From Halomicronema hongdechloris C2206 (GTDB taxonomy: Bacteria > Cyanobacteriota > Cyanobacteriia > Phormidesmidales > Phormidesmidaceae), in assembly GCF_002075285.3 (NCBI RefSeq), contig NZ_CP021983.2, positions 2,880,001-2,912,000 of the forward strand: a stretch of 32,000 bases of DNA, read 5' to 3'. The stretch's first letter is position 1. Every line of letters starts with the position of its first letter. Below the pieces are notes generated by a model that was not told the DNA's origin, ran no database searches, and was given only the letters and a program-made list of their open reading frames with translations. Below, in pieces: positions 7,616 to 16,536 of the stretch. Both the position numbers and the translations under genes were made by a program.

Positions 7616-8524
7616 TTACCAATCGCCTACCTGTCTGAGCATGATCTGGTTGCCCTGGAGTTGCTGTAGCCTGGCTTTCAGAGCCACATTTTCCCGGCGC
7701 AAGGCGTCGTTTTCTTGCTTATACTGGTCCCGTTCGGCGGCCACGGCCTGATAGCGATACTTAAGCTGGCTCTGTTGCTGAAACTGCTCGGCTAGCTCGG
7801 TTTCGAGATCACTGAGCTGCTGTTGGGTAATCTGTAGGGCTTGGAAGAGGGTCTCGGCCTGATGGCATGGTTCCAGGGCCTGCGAATCCGCGGCCAACGC
7901 ATCGGGTGTCGATGGCGGCGGGGCAGACTCTTCCGCCTCTGTCGCTGCCATGGCTTTCGCCGACGGCACCCCGTCCTCTAAGGCCACCTGCAACCTGAGC
8001 AAGCGCAGTCGGTGCTGGCTCAGGCAGGCCTCCAGTTGCTGCACATGGCCGTAGGCCTGTTGGAGTTGGCCCCCTAGGGTCACCGTTAGGCTACGAACGA
8101 TCATCAACTCAGATCGGGACTGAGCCGCGTCGCCAGCCAAAGACTCGAGCTGACCGTCCTGACACTGATTGGTCAGGCGCCCCAGATAGGTCTGGACTTC
8201 GATCTGGCTCTGTTGTAATCGCCGTCGCAGCTGTTGGATCTGCCGCTGCTGTTGCTGGACGGCGGTGGCGATGCCGAGCACCAGATTCCACAAAACCTGC
8301 TGTTGCCAACTGGTCTTATCAGCCAACTGCTGCTTCAGGGTGACGATAATCTGTTGCTGAACATTGGCATACCGCTCGGTTTTCACCAGCTGGGATTCCA
8401 GCAGTTGATGCTCTTCCACCCGCTGCTGCAAGTCGTCTAAGGCATCTAGGGCCTGATCTAGGGCCCGTTGCAGTAGGCAAATGCGCTGCACCAGCTTGAA
8501 GTCCAGGGAACCATCATGGGACAT
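7616..8524 (-). CDS. Glutamine-rich coiled-coil protein, function unknown
   Basis: It is a 302-aa ORF with heptad-like Q/L/E-rich sequence throughout and no recognisable enzymatic motif. Confidence 0.6.
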   Translation of the reverse strand: MSHDGSLDFKLVQRICLLQRALDQALDALDDLQQRVEEHQLLESQLVKTERYANVQQQIIVTLKQQLADKTSWQQQVLWNLVLGIATAVQQQQRQIQQLRRRLQQSQIEVQTYLGRLTNQCQDGQLESLAGDAAQSRSELMIVRSLTVTLGGQLQQAYGHVQQLEACLSQHRLRLLRLQVALEDGVPSAKAMAATEAEESAPPPSTPDALAADSQALEPCHQAETLFQALQITQQQLSDLETELAEQFQQQSQLKYRYQAVAAERDQYKQENDALRRENVALKARLQQLQGNQIMLRQVGDW

Positions 8525-8864
8525 AGGGCTAGTCGGTATCCATTGCGTTGGCTAAGTCGCTTGCGTTGGCTAAGTCGCGCTGCGGCCATGACCCAATGGT
8601 CAACGGAGCAGAACCAGAGGCTCCTAAACCAAGGAACATCTACTGAGAGCAATCATGTGAGAAAATCATGACTGATTAGCTCGCCAGGCCTGAATGACTG
8701 AGGGGGTCTTACCCACCACCCCCTCCAGATCTTATCCCTGATAGCTCAGACCCGAGATCAAATTGCCACAATCCTGCCCCGATCTCCTAGGGCACAGAGG
8801 TGCTGGGGGCAGCAAGTGCCGCCAGGGCTGACGGGCAAATTTTCTGGCTCAAATACTATTGAGG

Positions 8865-11289
8865 CTACCCCACCCCAGCAGGCAGCACACTACCCTGCAA
8901 GAAGGCGATTACCGCTGGATGGGCCACCAAGACCGGTAGGTGGTTCCCCTCTAGCCCTAATGGTGCCAGGCTCAATGGCAGCACCCGTCCCCCTTCACTC
9001 AGGCGCCAGCCGCAGATAGTGGGCTAGATTAGCAGCCCACACTAGAGGCAGATAGCCGTAGGCCAAGGTGATAAAGGGACGCGGGCTTCAGCAATGGCCG
9101 CCATCGATGCAGCAACACCATGAGGCCATGGGCCAGCAAGCGGCGTGCGGTCGCAGGTAAGCCCAAGGCCAGAACCGAGAACGACCAGGTGAGACCCAAG
9201 AAGTGGCTCAGATCCCCACGTTAGCCCTAGCTGGACCTGAATCCTCCGGGAGGCCGCCGCAAGGAATACCGCACCCAGCCAACAGCCCCACATCAGGGCC
9301 ACCTCATAGGAGCGGGCCCACATGAGTAGTCCACAGCTCCATGCCGGGAGGGCGCAGGTTAAACTCCACCGAGCCGATGGGGGCAGGCCTTCAGGCAGGT
9401 CATACAGAGCACACAGTCGCGGTTATCCTCCAGCTGAGCCGGGTGGGAATAGAGGGGGCAGCCAGTCGTCTCCAACCCTTCCCCCTTTTGGGGGCCGCCC
9501 TTGTAACACTGGTAGGTGGTACACTCCGCCGAGCAAATGCCCTGCTGGGCCCGCAGCTCGGTCATGGACAGCTTGGCGAACAGGCCATTCATGCCGCCGA
9601 TGGGGCAGAGATAGCGGCACCAAAAGCGCCGCTCAAACAGGGCCGAGAAGATCATGGCCCCGGCGGTGATCAGCAACAGCAGACAGGCCGAGAGGTAGGC
9701 GGTGTCCTCCAGATCCCAGATCTTCCCCCACGCAAGATCAGGACGAACAGACCAAACAAGAACCAGCCTCCCCAGCGCTCCGCCCGCTGCCGGGGCCAGC
9801 GTTTTAAGGGCTGGGGCAGTAACCGCTGTCGCAGGGCCTGGGTGACTTCGCCGTAGATCATAAAGGGGCAGACGGCACACCAGACGCGTCCCACGAAGGG
9901 GAAGCCGATCAATACCAGGGGCCACCACCAAGCCCAAAACAGATTGAGGGCGACATTTTCCTGGCGGGTCTGGGGGCCGATGAATAGGACGGCCACCACC
10001 AGGGCGAAGAAGGCCAAGGTAAAGCCGTAGTTAATGCGATCCGGCCACCAGGGGCTGCGCAAAAATCGCCGCAACTTCGGGTAACCATTGAGGAGATTGA
10101 ACCGTAGCTGCTGCTTTTTCCCCTGGGAGGGCCAGATGATTTCTTCGGTAATGACGCCGCCCGGATCCACCTGGGCAATGGCGCGAGACACCAGGTTTTC
10201 CAGCTCCCGCAAGTTGTTGGGAAAATCGTAGGCCTGCAGCTTGCGGATGGCTTCTGGGGCCACCTGTAGGCGCTCAATGCCGCGACGACGGCAGATCAAG
10301 CTGATGTAGTAGTCCACCTGGTCGCTGATGTCCGCCTTACGCACCCGCACTGGTGGCACCTTGATCTCCGTATCGACGGCGGCAGACAGTTGAGGCATCA
10401 CCCGCTCGGTAATCACGATCAGCCGGGCCTGGGTGGTCTTAGCCGAGGCTGGGGGATCGTCTGGGCGGTGGATTGGGTGATAGCGTCGCGTCTGCAGCAA
10501 CTCTACGATGGCGGGGAGTAATTCCTCTGGTAGCTCCTGCACATTGTTGAAGATGAGGGTGCCTTGCCCCAGGGCCTCGATCAGACCAGGGCGACCGCGA
10601 CCGCGGCCGAAGAGGTCGGCCCCACTGGCCTGGACCTTGGAGCAATCCACCTGGATGATCGGATCCCGGCGGCGGGCGGAGCCAAAGTGAATCAGCGCCG
10701 CTAGGTTATCTTTCTCCAGGCCTGGCTCGCCAAAGATCAACACCGACGCCTGATTATCGGAGGCTTCGCGAATGTGCGATCGCAACCGATTTGCATAGCG
10801 ACTGCGACCGATCACTCCCCGTTTGGCCTTAGTGACCACATAGGGGCGTAAGATCGCTTGCCGCTCCTGCTCGTAATCCAACTGGAAAGACAGTTGCTTC
10901 AGCTCATTTACCAATTGGCGGGTAAAGGTTTGTAAAATCGCCGGGTATTGGCTCAGCAGCTGCCGAAAGCGGTCGGCCCTCAAATACCAGAGTCGCACCG
11001 GAGTTAAAGCCACCACGGTCTTGTCAGGCGGCTGATCCAGCAATAGCGATTCTAGATTTAGAACCGCCCCCGGCAAATAACTCACCGCCCCCGGCCGCTC
11101 ATCGGTTTCCAGTCGGCCTTGATGCAAGACATAGAGGCCATCTGGTTGCTCACCCGCCACCACCAACCGCTGCTGGGCCTGGATGGAACGCTCCTCTAAA
11201 CACGGGGCCAATGCTTCTAAAATGTCTTCACTGAGTAGGTTGAGGGCCGTTCGCTCCTGCAACCATGTCACGATGTCAGGGATAGGCAT
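8865..11289 (-). pseudogene. cNMP-binding / degenerate NtrC-type AAA+ / membrane 4Fe-4S (NapH-FixG-like) protein, with the 3' third broken by multiple frame switches
   Basis: The sequence is intact from 11289 to about 9735. That part holds a cNMP-binding-like N-terminus and an AAA+ core (VLIFGEPGLEKD, TLIFNNVQEL, VPPVRVRKADI, FPNNLRELENLV), followed by WCAVCPF. It continues in other frames as AWGKIWDLEDTAYL...FWCRYLCPIGG...CSAECTTYQC...CVLCMTCLKACPHR (to 9359). Further pieces are SVEFNLRPPGMELWTTH, ARSYEVALM..., ITLAYGYLPLVWAANLAHYLRL (stop at 8995) and VLVAHPAVIAFLQG (stop at 8865). The lower boundary is approximate. Confidence 0.7.
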
Positions 11290-11500
11290 GGGTAAAGGGG
11301 GCTCCTGAGCGAGTCTACCGAAACCTAAAGCCCCATCCAGACCAGGGATAGGGCTTCTAGCCCTGGTTCAGTTGCACCCTAGACGGGACGTAAGAGCATG
11401 ATAGACCCGATCAATTTATTCGTCCCCGCGGCGTTGCTGCTCTTAATTATTTTGGCGGCTATCTTTTTTAGCCGGCCATGAGCGCCCATGGGCTCACTCC

Positions 11501-12328
11501 CTAGGGATACAAGTGAATCGCGTGGGAGCCCATGGAAATGCCATAGTCGCCATAGATATCTTGGCCCAAGAGTCCCACATCTCCGCCAATGGCCACCACG
11601 ACACCTTCCTGGCGGAGTCCTCCGACGTCAATGGCATTGACATAGCCCAAGGGCAACGTTACCCGACTGCCATCGGCAATGGTAACCGTGGCCTCACCCA
11701 CAATGGTGACTCCGATGGCATCGGCCATCTGGCGGGTAATTAGGGTGCCACTGGCTCCGGTGTCGAACAGCATGGTGAACTGCCGCTGCCCCTGCTGCCC
11801 CTGCAGGGAAACTGGCACCACTGGGATTCCCCCTCTACGGGCAACAATCGGAATCTGGGCGACGCGGCCATCGGCGGCGACTGGCTCTGATGACGATACG
11901 GTCGGCTCTGTCCCAATGGCTTGACGCTGCTGGCGAGCCGCCGCCAGGTTTTGCCGATATTCCGCTATTTTCTGTTGAGCCTTGCTATAGTTCGGATCGC
12001 CGGCGGGCACCTGGGCCATGAAATCAATGGCCACTTGCCAGCGATTGATGGCTAAGTCCCAATCCTGGGGAGATTGGGCCGATTGGCCAATGGAAACCGC
12101 ACTCGTGGCAGCATTGACGGCCTGGCGAAAATGATCGCTCGAGGCTGGCTTAGGGGTGGCCGGGGCCGCTGCCTGGGTAGGCCCGGAGGCACTCTCCTCT
12201 GGGTTGGCCGCACTCGCCATACTAACGGTTGCCGTCGAGTCTGCAGCCTTGGGATCCTCGAGCTGAGGACCGCAGCTGACCAAGAGACAGGCTAAACCAC
12301 CCAGCATCCAATTAGGTCGCAACCGCAT
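11501..12328 (-). CDS. Lipoprotein with C-terminal retropepsin-like aspartyl protease domain
   Basis: It has a lipobox-like LLVSCG and a low-complexity linker. The catalytic-type motif is LFDTGASGTLI, followed by a second glycine-rich flap region. Confidence 0.75.
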   Translation of the reverse strand: MRLRPNWMLGGLACLLVSCGPQLEDPKAADSTATVSMASAANPEESASGPTQAAAPATPKPASSDHFRQAVNAATSAVSIGQSAQSPQDWDLAINRWQVAIDFMAQVPAGDPNYSKAQQKIAEYRQNLAAARQQRQAIGTEPTVSSSEPVAADGRVAQIPIVARRGGIPVVPVSLQGQQGQRQFTMLFDTGASGTLITRQMADAIGVTIVGEATVTIADGSRVTLPLGYVNAIDVGGLRQEGVVVAIGGDVGLLGQDIYGDYGISMGSHAIHLYP

Positions 12329-12634
12329 GATTGATTCTTGCTCCGGTGCTATGGGGATGACAGCTCCATGGCTGTGCCATGATCATCAGACTCCAGCCCT
12401 AGCGTCTAATGCCTCAGGAATCATCGCCGTGGCATCGGCGTTAGAGGGCTCCAGCTAACTACTCAGCCAAGGGCTGGCTGAACGGGCCAAATAAGCTGAG
12501 TTCAATCGCCTAGACCAGGATATTTTTCTAGATGGAAGACGCTTCAGGGTCTATTTTAGCGATCTCAATCATGCCCATAGGCTTTAGGATAGTAGCGCTT
12601 ACAGAATCCCTACAAACCTGGATACCGTCGATTT

Positions 12635-13801
12635 ATGACTTTTCTCGAGGCTAAGCCGGCCCTATTGGTCCTAGCAGATGGCTCAGTATACCGGGGCTGG
12701 TCCTTTGGCGCCGCAGGCACCATCCTGGGGGAGGTGGTCTTCAACACGGGCATGACTGGCTATCAGGAAGTGTTAACCGATCCCAGCTACCGCGGTCAGA
12801 TCGTCACCTTTACCTATCCGGAACTGGGCAATACCGGCGTCAACCCCGATGATGACGAATCGCCCCATCCCCAAGTGTCTGGGGTGATTGCCCGCAATAT
12901 CTGCCCGTTGCCTAGCAACTGGCGGGCCACCCAATCCCTGCCGAGCTACTTAGAAAACCATGGCATCCCCGGCATCTACGGCATAGACACCCGGGCCCTC
13001 ACCCGCAAGATTCGCAGCCTCGGGGCCATGAATGGGGCCATTTCCAGCGACATCTTGGATGCCGATGAATTGCTGCGACAGCTGCAGACGGTTCCTGCCA
13101 TGGAAGGGCTGAATTTGGTGCGAGATGTCACGACGGCTGCGGTTTACGAGTGGACCGAGGCCAGCAATCCGATTTGGGCAGTGAGTCCACCTGCAGCGAG
13201 TGCCCACGAGCCGCCTCTTACCGTGGTGGCCATTGACTTTGGCATCAAGCGCAACATTCTCCGTCGGTTGGCCAGCCACGGCTGCCGCGTAATTGTGGTG
13301 CCGGTGACGACCTCGCCAGAGACCATCCTCAGCTACACCCCAGACGGTATCTTTCTCTCCAATGGACCTGGGGATCCGGCAGCGGTGGCGGAAGCCCCAG
13401 CGCTAATTCGCGCCCTCCTGAACCATCGACTGCCGACCTTCGGCATCTGTATGGGCCACCAAATCCTGGGCCTGTCCTTAGGGGGTAAAACCTTCAAGCT
13501 CAAATTTGGCCACCGCGGTCTGAATCAACCCTGTGGTCTCCAGCGGCAAGTGGAAATCACTAGCCAGAACCATGGGTTTGCCCTGGATGCTGACTCCCTG
13601 GATACCTCGCAGGTGACCATCACCCACCTCAATCTCAATGATCGCACCGTCGCCGGCATCGAGCACAAGCAACTGCCGCTGTTTTCGGTGCAATATCACC
13701 CCGAGGCCAGTCCCGGCCCCCATGATGCTGATTACCTATTCCAAAAATTTGTTGAGACCATGCGGCAACATCGTCAGAAATCCCTGCAGAAGACCTTTTG
13801 A
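12635..13801 (+). CDS. carA: Carbamoyl-phosphate synthase small (glutaminase) subunit
   Basis: It shows full-length CarA features, including the GATase triad context ([20 protein letters not shown]). Confidence 0.96.
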   Translation: MTFLEAKPALLVLADGSVYRGWSFGAAGTILGEVVFNTGMTGYQEVLTDPSYRGQIVTFTYPELGNTGVNPDDDESPHPQVSGVIARNICPLPSNWRATQSLPSYLENHGIPGIYGIDTRALTRKIRSLGAMNGAISSDILDADELLRQLQTVPAMEGLNLVRDVTTAAVYEWTEASNPIWAVSPPAASAHEPPLTVVAIDFGIKRNILRRLASHGCRVIVVPVTTSPETILSYTPDGIFLSNGPGDPAAVAEAPALIRALLNHRLPTFGICMGHQILGLSLGGKTFKLKFGHRGLNQPCGLQRQVEITSQNHGFALDADSLDTSQVTITHLNLNDRTVAGIEHKQLPLFSVQYHPEASPGPHDADYLFQKFVETMRQHRQKSLQKTF

Positions 13802-13851
13802 GCACTACTGTAGCGTCGGCCTAACGGGTTTTGTCCCCCCCTCACGATGCC

Positions 13852-13880
13852 TTGCAGTTGCGTTTATACTGGCATATACT
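13852..13880 (+). promoter_or_regulatory. Candidate sigma70-type promoter for the STAS gene
   Basis: TTGCAG (13852-13857), a 17-nt spacer, then TATACT (13875-13880). GGAGG at 13908-13912 follows downstream. Confidence 0.45.
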
Positions 13881-13918
13881 GAAGCGTCGAATTCGGAGAT
13901 CGAGCTAGGAGGTTTCCC

Positions 13919-14287
13919 ATAGCTGAGCCGTTAACCCTGACCGTAAGCTTACGAGGCACCCGAGACGTCAGGGCAAGTTATCAAGTCTTTCGCCTCACTG
14001 GGCTGCTAGATGCATTCTCTGAGCCGACCTTTCGTAAGGTGCTCAACCGATGCATTGATGAGGGGCCCCGCAATATTATCCTGGACCTGTCTGCCATTGA
14101 CTTCGTGGACAGTTCCGGCCTAGGGGCGCTGGTGCAAATCGTCAAGAAGGCAAAGACAGAGGGAGGCAGTGTGCAGGTGGTCACCAATGCCCGGGTGACT
14201 CAAACGGTTAAATTGGTGCGCCTGGAACAATTTCTGTCTCTGCAGCCCTCGGTTGAGGTGGCCATTGCTAATGTAGAGAAGACCTGA
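13919..14287 (+). CDS. STAS domain anti-sigma factor antagonist (SpoIIAA-like)
   Basis: It carries DLSAIDFVDSSGLGALV with the conserved phosphorylatable Ser. The open frame extends upstream to 13883 and encodes the expected N-terminal strands (LTLTVSLRGTRDVRASYQVFRLTGLLDA). No ATG, GTG or TTG occurs in frame before 14039. The start is placed at ATA 13919, 6 nt after GGAGG, so the start coordinate is uncertain. Confidence 0.75.
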   Translation: MAEPLTLTVSLRGTRDVRASYQVFRLTGLLDAFSEPTFRKVLNRCIDEGPRNIILDLSAIDFVDSSGLGALVQIVKKAKTEGGSVQVVTNARVTQTVKLVRLEQFLSLQPSVEVAIANVEKT

Positions 14288-14372
14288 GAGAAGACCTGAC
14301 CATTGTCGTTCTACTGGGCAACTAGTGGGAGTTTGGGCAGCATAATCCAGTCTCCGCTAGGAAGGTAGATCC

Positions 14373-14822
14373 ATGGTGCTGGAGTCGAGTCGCTTTTGGA
14401 CCTTGCGAGCCCATCTCACTGCGGAGGCAATGGCGATGACTAGGGCTGAGCTCCCCTCGCAAGGGTTATCTCCTACGGCTTTAGCGTATTTAGGAGATGC
14501 CGTGTATGAACTATTCGTGCGGGAACAGTTTCTGTTTCCCCCCAGTCGGATCAAAACCTATCACCGTCGGGTAGTGGCGCAAGTCCGGGCGGAACAGCAG
14601 GCGCGTCATTTGACGGCGTTGCGATCGCAGCTCACGGCAGCAGAAGATGATATCGTCCGTCGTGGTCGTAACGCCGCTCCCAAGCGCCCCGGCCGCAGTG
14701 ATCCCCAAGCCTACCAACAGGCCACCGGATTTGAAGCCCTGATCGGCTATCTCTACTTAAACGATCCCCAGCGGCTCTTAGAGCTCCTCAACCATCTTGA
14801 TTTCACCGCCCCCACGCCTTAA
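14373..14822 (+). CDS. mrnC: Mini-ribonuclease III
   Basis: It has the motif LAYLGDAVYELFVRE plus RRGRNA. It sits immediately upstream of rlmB, as in many bacteria. The true start may be the internal ATG at 14430 or 14436. Confidence 0.85.
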   Translation: MVLESSRFWTLRAHLTAEAMAMTRAELPSQGLSPTALAYLGDAVYELFVREQFLFPPSRIKTYHRRVVAQVRAEQQARHLTALRSQLTAAEDDIVRRGRNAAPKRPGRSDPQAYQQATGFEALIGYLYLNDPQRLLELLNHLDFTAPTP

Positions 14823-14858
14823 CGGTCAGCAGTCACTCCTAACGGCCTCCAGAACGCA

Positions 14859-15830
14859 ATGAACAACGATACCATGGCTTCGAAGCAACCTCATCCTCGT
14901 CCCTCGGGCGGGCGATCTCGTCCCCAGCGCTCTGGGGGGCCCAAGCGCAGCCGAGATACCTTCAAGCCCCGTCGTTCCGGTAGTACTAAAGCACCCAAGC
15001 CCGTAAAACCGAGCAAAACAGCCGGGACCCCGGCCGATCAGCCAGACGCAGAAGACGCTGCCGATCTCATCTATGGCCGCCATGCTGTCGAAGCCGCCAT
15101 CACCAATCAGCGTCCCCTAAATCGGCTCTGGGTCAACAGCCGACTCCGCTATGACTCCCGCTTCTTGCCGCTACTATCAGAGGCAAAAGCCAGGGGTGCT
15201 GTCATCGACGAAGTCGACAGCCGCCGCCTCAATCAGCTGTCCAACGGCGCCAACCATCAGGGCCTAGTGGCCCAGGTGGCCTCCTACGATTACCGGGATC
15301 TCGGCGATCTCATGGCCCAGGCTCAGCAGACAGTCAAGATTCCCGTGGTGATCGCCGCCGATGGCATTACCGATCCCCACAATCTCGGGGCGATCATTCG
15401 CAGTGCTGAGGCGCTAGGAGCCCAGGGAATCGTGATTCCCCAACGGCGAGCCGTCGGCATCACTGCCACTGTGGCGAAAGTCGCCGCCGGCGCCCTAGAG
15501 ACCTTTCCCGTAGCCCGGGTCGTCAACCTGAGGCGGGCCCTGGAAGAACTGAAGCAACAGGGCTTTTGGATCTATGGGCTGGCGGCAACGGGACGGCGAT
15601 CGCTGCATACCGCCCGCTTCGATCGCCCCACCGTCTTGGTGGTGGGAGCTGAGGGCGACGGTCTCAGCCTGACCATTCAAGAGAGCTGTGACCAGCTGAT
15701 ATCCGTTCCCCTGCGAGGCAAGACCCCCAGCTTGAATGCATCTGTTGCTACCGGCATGGCGCTCTACGAGATTTATCGTCAACAATGGGTGAGTCAACTG
15801 TATCTGGATTCTTTGCAAAAAGAAAAGTAA
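14859..15830 (+). CDS. rlmB: 23S rRNA (guanosine-2'-O)-methyltransferase RlmB (SpoU/TrmH family) with a basic N-terminal extension
   Basis: It has SpoU motifs ([26 protein letters not shown]). The N-terminal ~65 aa are Arg/Lys/Pro/Ser-rich. Confidence 0.9.
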   Translation: MNNDTMASKQPHPRPSGGRSRPQRSGGPKRSRDTFKPRRSGSTKAPKPVKPSKTAGTPADQPDAEDAADLIYGRHAVEAAITNQRPLNRLWVNSRLRYDSRFLPLLSEAKARGAVIDEVDSRRLNQLSNGANHQGLVAQVASYDYRDLGDLMAQAQQTVKIPVVIAADGITDPHNLGAIIRSAEALGAQGIVIPQRRAVGITATVAKVAAGALETFPVARVVNLRRALEELKQQGFWIYGLAATGRRSLHTARFDRPTVLVVGAEGDGLSLTIQESCDQLISVPLRGKTPSLNASVATGMALYEIYRQQWVSQLYLDSLQKEK

Positions 15831-15935
15831 AGAAGTATAACGGAATTTGAACAATATCGCCGTTCTCTTTCCGGGTGTGGTGATCGCGAGGAGTTAGGGC
15901 ACCCTATTTCCAGTTAGGCAGAGGATAATAAGCTT

Positions 15936-16217
15936 ATGATTGGTCGTCTGTTTAAAAACCTATTTGGGTCCAACAAGGCATGGTGGGTGGAAATTAAAAC
16001 CCAAAATCCTGTCTGTACCTACTACTTCGGACCATTTTCCATTGCTGAAGAAGCCGAGCTAGCTAAGAACGGCTACATCGAGGATCTTGAGCAGGAAGGC
16101 GCTTCTCATATCCAGACTGCGGTTAAACATTGCCAGCAGCCAGAGCAGCTGACCATCTCAGCGGAGGAGAGCGATGCCATCGGCGGTATTCCCTCCCCTG
16201 CATTTAGCCAGTCTTAA
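15936..16217 (+). CDS. DUF1816 domain protein
   Basis: WWVEIKTQNPVCTYYFGPFSIAEEAELAKNGYIEDLEQEGA matches the cyanobacterial DUF1816 pattern as I recall it. Confidence 0.7.
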   Translation: MIGRLFKNLFGSNKAWWVEIKTQNPVCTYYFGPFSIAEEAELAKNGYIEDLEQEGASHIQTAVKHCQQPEQLTISAEESDAIGGIPSPAFSQS

Positions 16218-16460
16218 CAGGCGTTAGATAGGACGCCATCCAGGTTTTGATCATTATTGGCGCCCTGGACTGAGCCGATCACCCGATACAGCGGCATGTT
16301 TAACCGGCACATATAGCGTTGGCCAGTCAGCTGAGGACAGAGCCGATCGCCCAATAGCCCAGTCTAGGGGGGCCGACTGGCTCGCCACTGCGCCCAGCAT
16401 GGTGGCGGTGGCTATATCGACTAGAGCGGCAAGGCTGCATTGATCAGGATCTCCCTTTCT

Positions 16461-16536
16461 GCCTTCTGCCTTCTGCCTTCTGCCTTCTGCCTTCTGCCTT
16501 CTGCCTTCTGCCTTCTGCCTTCTGCCTTCTGCCTTA
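16461..16536. repeat. Heptanucleotide tandem array (GCCTTCT)x10 plus a partial unit (STRR-like)
   Basis: Ten perfect head-to-tail copies span 16461-16530, followed by GCCTTA. A degenerate unit lies at 16454-16460. The last partial unit contains the TAA stop (16534-16536, minus strand) of the hydrolase gene. Confidence 0.97.

Noticed and set aside
9341-9856. 171-aa and 115-aa plus-strand ORFs over the disrupted 4Fe-4S region
   Set aside because: They run antisense to sequence that encodes conserved Cys motifs on the minus strand, and their Gly/Arg/Pro-rich composition is not protein-like.
16218-16460. ORF-free 240 nt between DUF1816 and the heptamer array, with protein-like minus-strand stretches in two frames (…[28 protein letters not shown]… and …MPLYRVIGSVQGANNDQNLDGVLSNAC*)
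   Set aside because: There is no start codon or SD, no recognisable family, and a frame break would be needed. It may be another decayed gene, but I cannot support it from sequence alone.
16461-16536. Possible CRISPR array
   Set aside because: The units are 7 nt, directly abutting with no spacers, and no cas genes are nearby. It is a microsatellite-type tandem repeat.
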